A stretch of DNA of 64,000 nt from a virus. Location: positions 3,785-67,784 of the IMG/VR virus record IMGVR_UViG_3300016469_000426; one strand, given 5' to 3'. The position numbers and the translations under genes are program-made. Position 1 is the first letter of the stretch; each line of letters opens with the position of its first letter. The notes beneath the pieces are model-generated. The model did not search any database and had not been told where the DNA came from. It was given only the letters and a program-made list of their open reading frames with translations. Shown one piece after another: positions 57,283-64,000 of this stretch.

Positions 57283-57743
57283 GCGAAGAAAAACAACCAC
57301 AGGAAGGCCGCCACGTAAACAGACATGCTTGCAGAAGACTGGTGTATCCTAGATTAAAGAAGCAGACCAGACCATCTATTAGAATTGCTCATCAAAGATG
57401 GTTAATGGTGATGAGACCCAAACTTCACGGGGTGAACGCGGAGAACTAAATCTCCAGGAGGAAGTAAAAATATGGGCACATGGCGCGACCGATGTGACAG
57501 CCGAAAAGTTGCAATACTTTTCCCCAGCGTAAGCTCATGGGTTAATGAGTGGCGTCTCTGCAACGGGACAACTAGAGAGGGAAACTAAGTCTAAACTGCG
57601 GTGAGGTACAACTCATCTAGGCTCGTATCCTAGTGCCCGGACTGAATCTCGAGGGCCAACCAGGGCGCATAAGCGGCGGGGGCTAACCCGAGGGGGCTGA
57701 TTAGGGTTCGATTCCCTTTGTGTCCACTAAAAATCTAAGCAAC
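57283..57743 (+). ncRNA. 460-nt ORF-free structured region containing a T-arm-like AGGG-TTCGATT-CCCT
   Basis: G-rich hairpins ggcgggggctaacccgaggggg; T-arm-like motif at 57695-57712. Confidence 0.2.
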
Positions 57744-58073
57744 ATGATGCATTTTACTTTTACTGGTGTAAGCCAGATCGAGCTTTCCTATGAGAAGGGA
57801 GCTCCAAAATCAAAGCACGTAGCAACTAATATTCGCTTGGAGGTATCAGAAAACTTGGACAAGAAACAATATCTTGATCCGGAAGGAAGACCTACAGCTG
57901 AAGGATGTCGTGCTTTAACCCATGCCTTAATCCAAGGTTTGGTAGCAAATATTCACAACGCTCATCAAAAAGGCTGGAGGGATTCAGCTGAGCATCTGCG
58001 TCATGTAATACAAGAGCTTGAAAGAGGTTTTGTTCAGGTAGCAGATGTGCAAGATGGCACAATGGATCAGTAA
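57744..58073 (+). CDS. hypothetical protein
   Basis: Start after ctaaaaatctaagcaacATG. Confidence 0.45.
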   Translation: MMHFTFTGVSQIELSYEKGAPKSKHVATNIRLEVSENLDKKQYLDPEGRPTAEGCRALTHALIQGLVANIHNAHQKGWRDSAEHLRHVIQELERGFVQVADVQDGTMDQ

Positions 58074-58075
58074 CT

Positions 58076-58453
58076 ATGAAAGCATTTGGACTAGAACTCC
58101 GCAAAGCTGGAGACTTTAAGAATCTTTACAGAGATGTGGATGCTATCCTATCTCGTGTACCTCCTGGAGGAATAAACGGTAACATCCAGTTTAACGCTGT
58201 TGCTCATTCTTTACACGCCATGATGAAGCCCGGAAAGTGGTTAGACATCTGCGCTATAAGAGAAGCATCTGAATTAACTGGTATTCATATCTCCTCAGAA
58301 CGTTTGAGTGTTTATCGCTTAGCACACTGTATCCATTGGAATGATATGGATCCTGAGTATCGACAAACCTTAATGGCTATGATACTGGATGATTTTCGCT
58401 CAGTACTGTGTCCTGATCAAGTAGAAATCGTAGTAAAACATGACGACGGATGA
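58076..58453 (+). CDS. hypothetical protein
   Basis: 125 aa ORF. Confidence 0.45.
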   Translation: MKAFGLELRKAGDFKNLYRDVDAILSRVPPGGINGNIQFNAVAHSLHAMMKPGKWLDICAIREASELTGIHISSERLSVYRLAHCIHWNDMDPEYRQTLMAMILDDFRSVLCPDQVEIVVKHDDG

Positions 58454-58688
58454 GTGGTTGTCTCTACAACCAGGAGATGTAATCTCCAACCAAAAAGGAA
58501 CCAACTGGAGGGTTGTTTTGAGCAGCAAAAACGGGTCAATAAGAATACCCTCTGATAGAGATTGGGGTAGAAGAGGCTATACAGTATACGGTAGAGGGGA
58601 TAAACGTCTCTTCAAGAAAACAGGACTAAGAGTAAAACTGATAAGAAGATGGCACACTATTACTATTGCAAAGGATGTGACCAAGTAA
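58440..58688 (+). CDS. hypothetical protein
   Basis: 82 aa ORF. Confidence 0.4.
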   Translation: MTTDEWLSLQPGDVISNQKGTNWRVVLSSKNGSIRIPSDRDWGRRGYTVYGRGDKRLFKKTGLRVKLIRRWHTITIAKDVTK

Positions 58689-58846
58689 TAGTCCGCAAGG
58701 AGCCTATTACAACATCTTACTGCGAAACTTCTGGCAAAACTATCAAGATGAAGGCTCTTACTCCAGAAGAAGTTAAAGACCTCCGCTTTTTGCAGAAGAA
58801 GGCAAAGAAATGAACCGAGTCAAACCGGAGTACAGGGCAACGGTAT

Positions 58847-59155
58847 TTGATGAGCAGATCAGATACCGTCCCTTTTACACAAAAGCTTATGACACTTAAA
58901 GAATACATCAATCAAAAAGATCCTGAGAGGATGCCTCATGTAATACTCAAGATCGAAGAGTATACTGAAGGTGTAAGAAGAAAAACTCGGATGGGTGATA
59001 TTCATACTCAGATCTTTATTACATCACCGTTATTCCATGAAGCTTTCCCTGAAGCACGTGGAGAATATTTGATGATGGGTAAATGGCCAAGACTCTACGC
59101 TGTAGACTCAGACGGTAATCCGAAAGGAGCAAGTTGTTTTAGAATAGAACTATGA
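58847..59155 (+). CDS. hypothetical protein
   Basis: 102 aa ORF. Confidence 0.4.
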   Translation: MMSRSDTVPFTQKLMTLKEYINQKDPERMPHVILKIEEYTEGVRRKTRMGDIHTQIFITSPLFHEAFPEARGEYLMMGKWPRLYAVDSDGNPKGASCFRIEL

Positions 59156-59361
59156 GCATGGAAGAAACAAAGAACAAATGGTGGGGATATGTCCACACCT
59201 CAGGTAGCCTTCAAGCAAAGCGCTACTTCGGGCCTGAAGATATTCAGGAAGCTAATGAGAGCCCCTTTTGTAAACAAGTAGTGGGGCCTTTCGACGCTAA
59301 AGATCGTGATGAAGCTTTAGAGATCGTTAAACAGAAAGTGCTGAAGCCAGATGTGTCGTAA
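59152..59361 (+). CDS. hypothetical protein
   Basis: 69 aa ORF. Confidence 0.4.
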   Translation: MSMEETKNKWWGYVHTSGSLQAKRYFGPEDIQEANESPFCKQVVGPFDAKDRDEALEIVKQKVLKPDVS

Positions 59362-59710
59362 ATGTATAGAAAAGCGTCAAGAAGAGCAGTTAAAACGTGC
59401 TAAGCTTGAAAGAAAAGAACGCGCAAAGGAAAAAGCATATTTGCTATTGAAGGCAGATCTTATAGCCGGCAGTCAATATGACTCGCTCTGTAAGATGATA
59501 GATTCTTCCGATGATGAAAATCTCACATTAGCAGAAAACATTATAGTGAACGTAAAAAGATCATCTGTTCGATACACCATCGAAGATGTTATTAAAGCTG
59601 TGGATACTTGTTATGTGATGGCCTCTAATAGTAGTCGTGAAGAAGTCTATGAAGAAGTAAAGATCAAACTCTCTAATGTTATACAAAATGAGATATCGCA
59701 GATACAGTGA
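59351..59710 (+). CDS. hypothetical protein with shared module
   Basis: ...YDSLCKMIDSSDDENLTLAENIIVNV. Confidence 0.45.
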   Translation: MCRKCIEKRQEEQLKRAKLERKERAKEKAYLLLKADLIAGSQYDSLCKMIDSSDDENLTLAENIIVNVKRSSVRYTIEDVIKAVDTCYVMASNSSREEVYEEVKIKLSNVIQNEISQIQ

Positions 59711-59776
59711 AAGAAGTACTCATGCTCTTATCATAGCATATGTTGCTCTGTTGATAGCTCTATTATCTTTAGTGCG

Positions 59777-60028
59777 ATGAAGGTAAACCTTAAGGAACAC
59801 TGGCAAATGAAGGAAACTCTAAAGTATATCCAGAGTGTACTTCGTGATCAGCCGGTAACAAAAGGTCTGGCCAGAAAGCTAGACAAAAGTATTCTCTTCT
59901 ACGAAGAAATAGAAGTAGACCTGGAACTAGGTGGTGAATCGATCATTGAGTTGGACCAGGAGCGTCTTGAAGCAATTCAAGAGCGCAATAAAGCACAATC
60001 ATTTATGAACCAAGCAGATGATTTATGA
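59777..60028 (+). CDS. hypothetical protein
   Basis: 83 aa ORF. Confidence 0.4.
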   Translation: MKVNLKEHWQMKETLKYIQSVLRDQPVTKGLARKLDKSILFYEEIEVDLELGGESIIELDQERLEAIQERNKAQSFMNQADDL

Positions 60029-60252
60029 GCCAAAACCAAGTAGAAAAAATGGTAGAGGAACCAGAACCAACGGAAAGCAGAGCCAGATGGATTGATACAC
60101 ACAGATTGTATCAGCATCTTTTACACTTGCACAATATGCAAGCTATAACACCTGACCAATACAAAACCTTATACAAACAGATAAATTCTCGAGATGAAGA
60201 GAACCTAGTTGTAGCACAGGAAAGTATTGCACAGTTGATCAGCAGTCTATGA
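60025..60252 (+). CDS. small protein with shared module
   Basis: ...ITPDQYKTLYKQINSRDEENLVVAQESIAQL. Confidence 0.45.
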   Translation: MSQNQVEKMVEEPEPTESRARWIDTHRLYQHLLHLHNMQAITPDQYKTLYKQINSRDEENLVVAQESIAQLISSL

Positions 60253-60434
60253 CAATTGAGCAACGAAATAACGCAATCACAGCTTTCATGGGTGGTCCAA
60301 GTAATGTACAAACCTTACTTCGAGCTCTTGAAGATTTTCTGTAGATGGAATGAAGTTTATCCTGACAAATTCTATGAAGAAGTGGAGGGTATAAACATGG
60401 ACGAACAAAAAGCTATAATCGAAACCTTGTAAGT

Positions 60435-60842
60435 ATGAGTGAGAAACACAACATATTCCACGGACAATTCGTAAAGAATATCTATGGAGAACTTGTACCT
60501 GCTACAACAGCAGATGCTACACGTTACGGAGAATTCAAGAAAGGTATCGTAGATGGGCAAACCATTGAGATCTTTATGGAGTCTAACGTTGACAATGGTA
60601 GTGTACCTCAATTAGCAAAAATCCATGCATGTATTCGAGAACTTGCAAAAGAAATCGGTTATAGCTTTGAGGATATGAAGCTGGAGGTAAAAAGACAGGC
60701 CGGATTATGTATAAGAAAACACTTAGGTGGTGATACCTTTATGGTGTGTAAATCTTTCGGAGATTGTTCCAAGGATGAATTAGCCCTTGCAATTGAGGCT
60801 ATTATTGAGATTGGAGATACTGTGGGAATGAATCTGCGTTAA
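60435..60842 (+). CDS. hypothetical protein
   Basis: 135 aa ORF. Confidence 0.45.
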   Translation: MSEKHNIFHGQFVKNIYGELVPATTADATRYGEFKKGIVDGQTIEIFMESNVDNGSVPQLAKIHACIRELAKEIGYSFEDMKLEVKRQAGLCIRKHLGGDTFMVCKSFGDCSKDELALAIEAIIEIGDTVGMNLR

Positions 60843-61135
60843 TCAACACCTTCTTCTGGAATCTCAATCTCTTCATCTTTTAAGAGGTTCTGCTCTTTAG
60901 CAGCATTCTCAATCTCCCAGATGAGAATGGTCAAAGTTTGTATGTGATACTCAAACTCACTTTTAGCCTGTTCATTTTTAGCTAGAGCTTGCATGGCAGC
61001 TACTAACTCTGAATGAGGTTTAGAGTTTCCATAGTGAACAACTAACTGTTGAACACGAGCATAGAAACTGCCGGGGATTTCGAGCTTAATCTTAGCATCG
61101 AAGGGGATTGTGCTTACCTTATACTTTTTTGCCAT
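60839..61135 (-). CDS. hypothetical protein (convergent to neighbours)
   Basis: 98 aa minus ORF in gap between plus genes. Confidence 0.35.
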   Translation of the reverse strand: MAKKYKVSTIPFDAKIKLEIPGSFYARVQQLVVHYGNSKPHSELVAAMQALAKNEQAKSEFEYHIQTLTILIWEIENAAKEQNLLKDEEIEIPEEGVD

Positions 61136-61178
61136 GCCTCAAAGATAGGCATAATTCGCTAAACTTTACAAGTGTAAC

Positions 61179-61427
61179 ATGAGTAATCTAGAAAGTGTAA
61201 ACTTACAAGAAGTACAGATGAAACTGTACGAGAGGTTAAAACCCTCAGGCTGGGGAGATAAGCTTAAAGGCTTTCTCCTTAGCGATGATTTCGGAAAGAT
61301 ACTAGAGGTGCTACTTGCTGAGGCAAGAGATAATCGAAGGTTTACTCCCGTAATCAAGCAGCTATTTAGAGCATTCGAAGAATGCCCTTATAGCGATCTC
61401 AAGGTAGTCATGATCGGTCAGGATTAG
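61179..61427 (+). CDS. ung: uracil-DNA glycosylase (family 1), 5' exon ending ...KVVMIGQD
   Basis: FTPVIKQLFRAFEECPYSDLKVVMIGQD matches the UDG ...F.AF..TP...VKVVILGQDPYH block; frame stops at TAG 61425-61427. Confidence 0.7.
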   Translation: MSNLESVNLQEVQMKLYERLKPSGWGDKLKGFLLSDDFGKILEVLLAEARDNRRFTPVIKQLFRAFEECPYSDLKVVMIGQD

Positions 61428-62280
61428 TTGCACAGATCAACAAAAAGCTATACCTTCGTCAACAAAACTGTTGTGTATGGTATATGAGAGAATAGCTCCA
61501 ATGAGAAACTATGACAAGACAACTGATACGCGTAAGTGTAAGAAGTGTAATGAGTGGAAACCTCTATCAGAGTTTAGTAGTAGAGTAAGGATCGCAAGCC
61601 CTACTACCAAAGACCTTGTTAAGAAGGTACCTACATTATACTATAGAAGTGAGTGTAAAAGTTGTTCACTTCTATCAATACGTAAACCTGAATACTGTGG
61701 ACCTGATGCTCGTAGGAAACAACATGCATTAGATCCTCGTAAAGTGATGCTTGTTCATGCTCGAATCAGAGCTAAGAAGAAGGGTCTAGTATTTGGTATT
61801 ACTTACGATGATATCATAGTTCCTAAAGTCTGTCCATTACTTCAGATACCTATCCAAGTATCTAAGGGAAAAATAGGACCTGGTAGTCCTAGTATAGATC
61901 GCTTAGACCCTACAAAAGGTTATGTGAAGGGAAATGTCATGGTTATCTCTCATAAAGCAAATACTGCAAAGAATACACTAACTCTTGCAGAGCTTGAATT
62001 GTTGGTCCGTAACTTAAAACGGGTCCTGAATAAAGAGGAAGAATTGCTGGAAAGCTAATGAAATATGGGGCTCGGCATGGTAACCAGTCCATAGTCTAAG
62101 GAGGGAAGTACTCCTGTGGGCTCCACCATATTTTTATGCCAATCAGCAGCCGAGCCCAAGGGGAGACTTGGGAAGGTTCAGAGACTAGGGACACTACGGT
62201 GAGCCCAGAGCATCCTCCACTCAATAGAGTGATGATATAGTCCGATCCTCGTGGAAACATGAGACAAATGGATATAGCCG
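61425..62280 (+). mobile_element. group-I-like intron in ung carrying HNH endonuclease
   Basis: 5' exon ends on U 61424, intron ends on G 62280; 222-nt structured tail after HEG. Confidence 0.6.
61471..62058 (+). CDS. HNH homing endonuclease
   Basis: SIDRLDPTKGYVKGNVMVISHKANTAKN HNH core; N-terminal CKKC...C zinc motif. Confidence 0.7.
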   Translation: MCMVYERIAPMRNYDKTTDTRKCKKCNEWKPLSEFSSRVRIASPTTKDLVKKVPTLYYRSECKSCSLLSIRKPEYCGPDARRKQHALDPRKVMLVHARIRAKKKGLVFGITYDDIIVPKVCPLLQIPIQVSKGKIGPGSPSIDRLDPTKGYVKGNVMVISHKANTAKNTLTLAELELLVRNLKRVLNKEEELLES

Positions 62281-62748
62281 TATCCATATCCAAACGTAGC
62301 AGACGGAATAGCTTTTTCATGCGGAAACGATGGAAAAGTTCAGGCCTCTTTACGATACATGTTCAAGGAAATAGAAGATACCGTTTATCCGGAAGGATAC
62401 ACATGGGATCCTGATCTGGCCCGCTGGTCAAAGCAAGGAATCTTAATGCTCAACATTGCTCTTACTACAACAATAAACCGAGTAGGTCAACACTATATAT
62501 TGTGGCAACCTTTTCTGGCATACTTGTTCGATATCTTATCGTTCAACAACCCAGGGCTTGTGTATGTGTTTATGGGTAAGAAAGCACAAGAATGGGCCAA
62601 ATCTATTCCTGAGAATAACTGGAAGCTGATGTGTAGTCACCCTGCATCCGCAGCACATCAGAACCAGGAAAAGTGGGATTCAGGTGACATATTCAACAAG
62701 ACAAGCGATCTAGTTCTTAAACACTACAAATACAAAATCATATGGTAG
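62281..62748 (+). CDS. ung: uracil-DNA glycosylase, 3' exon
   Basis: (Y)PYPNVADGIAFSCG...SLRYMFKEIEDT...WSKQGILMLNIALTT...HPASAAHQ aligns with UDG HGPNQAHGLAFSV...PPSLLNMYKEL...QGVLLLN...HPSP; 3' splice site 62281 or 62284. Confidence 0.65.
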   Translation, partial: YPYPNVADGIAFSCGNDGKVQASLRYMFKEIEDTVYPEGYTWDPDLARWSKQGILMLNIALTTTINRVGQHYILWQPFLAYLFDILSFNNPGLVYVFMGKKAQEWAKSIPENNWKLMCSHPASAAHQNQEKWDSGDIFNKTSDLVLKHYKYKIIW

Positions 62749-63146
62749 AAAGACATGCCAAAGGTGTAGACTGTAAACAAAAACATGTTGTGGAAGTAAC
62801 TGACCGTAAACAGGTAACATGTCCTCGATGCAAAATCCTTCTCACAAATCCCGAGATAGCTAAAGCATTTGAAGAACAAGCTTTCATGGAAAAGCTAGAG
62901 CTAAATCAGAGGATGAGAAGAATAGCTCAGGAACGTCTAGAGAGTATAGAATCTAAGGTAAAGGTAGATTTTTACACTGGACAACGCGCTTTTCGGATAA
63001 TATGTCCTCAGTGCGGAAGAGATATGCATCGAAGACAAAATAAGAAGAATGGAAGGCACTTTTGGGGGTGCACAGGATATCCTCGCTGTAAGGCTACAAG
63101 AAACGACTCTTCAGTTCAGAATGAAATAAACCAAAGCTCCACCTAG
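62742..63146 (+). CDS. topoisomerase-type C4 zinc-finger protein
   Basis: GRHFWGCTGYPRCKATR, plus CPRC and CPQC pairs. Confidence 0.5.
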   Translation: MVERHAKGVDCKQKHVVEVTDRKQVTCPRCKILLTNPEIAKAFEEQAFMEKLELNQRMRRIAQERLESIESKVKVDFYTGQRAFRIICPQCGRDMHRRQNKKNGRHFWGCTGYPRCKATRNDSSVQNEINQSST

Positions 63147-63521
63147 GATTACACTGGTAGATCCCCATCCAAACTTAAGCCATTTACGCTTGGTTTCAGA
63201 GCTCTCAAGTCTAAGGTTTATCTCCTTGATTTCTTGCTCTTTAACCTCGATGATCTTATCCTTAAGAACAAGCTGTCCTGAAAGCTGAGCAATCTCATAG
63301 TCTTTCTCCTTGATCAAGGTATCCCGGTTTGCAAGCTTAGCATTTGCATTGGACAATAAAGTATCACAAGCCCTGGCCTCAACCAGGGTTGCAGCTATAT
63401 GCTGGAGCTCGGTAATCCCGTAACACCTAACGGTATCGGGATTTGGTTTTCCAGTTTGTGCGGATGATGCTGTCCAATTCATCAGGAGTAGCAGTGCTGT
63501 AAATAAACTTGATCTTATCAC
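63111..63521 (-). CDS. secreted coiled-coil protein with C-terminal TM (spanin-like)
   Basis: Signal MIRSSLFTALLLLMNWTASSAQ; C-terminal WGSTSVILGGALVYFIL. Confidence 0.35.
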   Translation of the reverse strand: MIRSSLFTALLLLMNWTASSAQTGKPNPDTVRCYGITELQHIAATLVEARACDTLLSNANAKLANRDTLIKEKDYEIAQLSGQLVLKDKIIEVKEQEIKEINLRLESSETKRKWLKFGWGSTSVILGGALVYFILN

Positions 63522-63759
63522 GGGTCTTTGAAATTACGATTGGGTCAATGGCAAGTAGGCTATCAAATGACTTCTGCAGCTTCTCCTGGCGAACATGACT
63601 TGAATCAATGTTCCTTTGTAGAAGAATGAGAGAATCTCGTAATACTTGCTCCTTACCGATCACCTCAATAACCTGAGGTTTACGGAAGAAGATTATAGCC
63701 AGGAGAATAATAATAATTCCCAGAAGGCTGACGTATGCTATGATGTTAGCCTTACTCAT
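63427..63759 (-). CDS. N-terminal TM protein
   Basis: IIAYVSLLGIIIILLAIIFF; overlaps next ORF. Confidence 0.35.
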   Translation of the reverse strand: MSKANIIAYVSLLGIIIILLAIIFFRKPQVIEVIGKEQVLRDSLILLQRNIDSSHVRQEKLQKSFDSLLAIDPIVISKTRDKIKFIYSTATPDELDSIIRTNWKTKSRYR

Positions 63760-63995
63760 TATTGTTCTTCTGTACTTACGTTTGGGTCTGGACCCTCATC
63801 TTTCTTTATCTGCATCTCCTTAAAATTACTGACAGAATAAGTAATAATAAGAGAAGTAATCATGCCACAGAGAATCCCTATTACGGTAGATAAATTCTCC
63901 GAATTAGTGTACACAATGCAAAGCAAAGATGTAAGCCAGAAAAAGCCTACAGCTAACAACTTACGTAAGGAGTGCCCACCAGGCTTGTTATTCAA
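63759..63995 (-). CDS. two-TM holin-like protein
   Basis: LLAVGFFWLTSLLCIVY and VIGILCGMITSLIITYSV helices, charged C-terminus. Confidence 0.35.
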   Translation of the reverse strand: MNNKPGGHSLRKLLAVGFFWLTSLLCIVYTNSENLSTVIGILCGMITSLIITYSVSNFKEMQIKKDEGPDPNVSTEEQ

Positions 63996-64000
63996 GCCGT

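Noticed and set aside
57105-57326. 73-aa minus-strand ORF
   Set aside because: The plus strand here encodes a convincing small lipoprotein in the orientation of all neighbours.
62096-62320. 74-aa minus-strand ORF
   Set aside because: Lies inside the structured 3' part of the ung intron and overlaps the 3' exon.
1-64000. CRISPR arrays, rRNA genes, integrase/transposase genes
   Set aside because: No regular repeat-spacer arrays, no rRNA-like conserved blocks, and no recombinase motifs were seen in any reading frame of this window.

Overview
This window is a gene-dense region of a tailed dsDNA phage (Caudoviricetes-like). Starts lack Shine-Dalgarno sequences and lipoprotein lipoboxes end in Cys, which suggests a Bacteroidetes-type host (inference). 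Positions 1-25006 are a minus-strand structural and packaging module. Read against transcription it runs: possible small terminase, large terminase, portal, acidic scaffold-like protein, major-capsid candidate, then a ferritin-like gene, Cys-rich proteins, two repeat-containing tail fibres and a BNR/Asp-box repeat protein that runs off the window start. Positions 25016-27421 hold a minus-strand array of 23 hand-folded tRNAs. They cover every amino acid except Gln, and several are atypical. From 28.7 kb to 63.1 kb there is a plus-strand early/replication-type module of many small ORFs. It contains a 9-copy CAACCCCC upstream motif and a recurring AAAATCTAAGC-ATG leader. It also holds tandem paralogs flanked by 16-bp palindromes, two adjacent lipoproteins, a cold-shock protein, an SF2 helicase, an HNH/NinG-like protein, and SPFH, vWA and AAA+ genes. 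The most unusual feature is a cluster of homing endonucleases and introns. A free-standing GIY-YIG endonuclease is followed by 600 nt of structured non-coding RNA. Three genes (a vWA protein, an AAA+ ATPase and uracil-DNA glycosylase) are each split by an about 0.9-1.0 kb group-I-like intron carrying its own endonuclease (LAGLIDADG, LAGLIDADG, HNH). Joining the AAA+ exons rebuilds a perfect Walker A motif (GGYGNG|KT). Two further plus-strand tRNA-like elements are present, one with an about 95-nt insertion and one with a truncated anticodon arm. All calls are from reading the sequence and hand-folding. tRNA ends and terminator coordinates may be off by 1-2 nt, and hand-derived feature coordinates in the 6.8-6.9 kb, 26.9-27.1 kb and 32.6 kb regions may be off by 1 nt because several source lines were mis-copied during line-by-line indexing.
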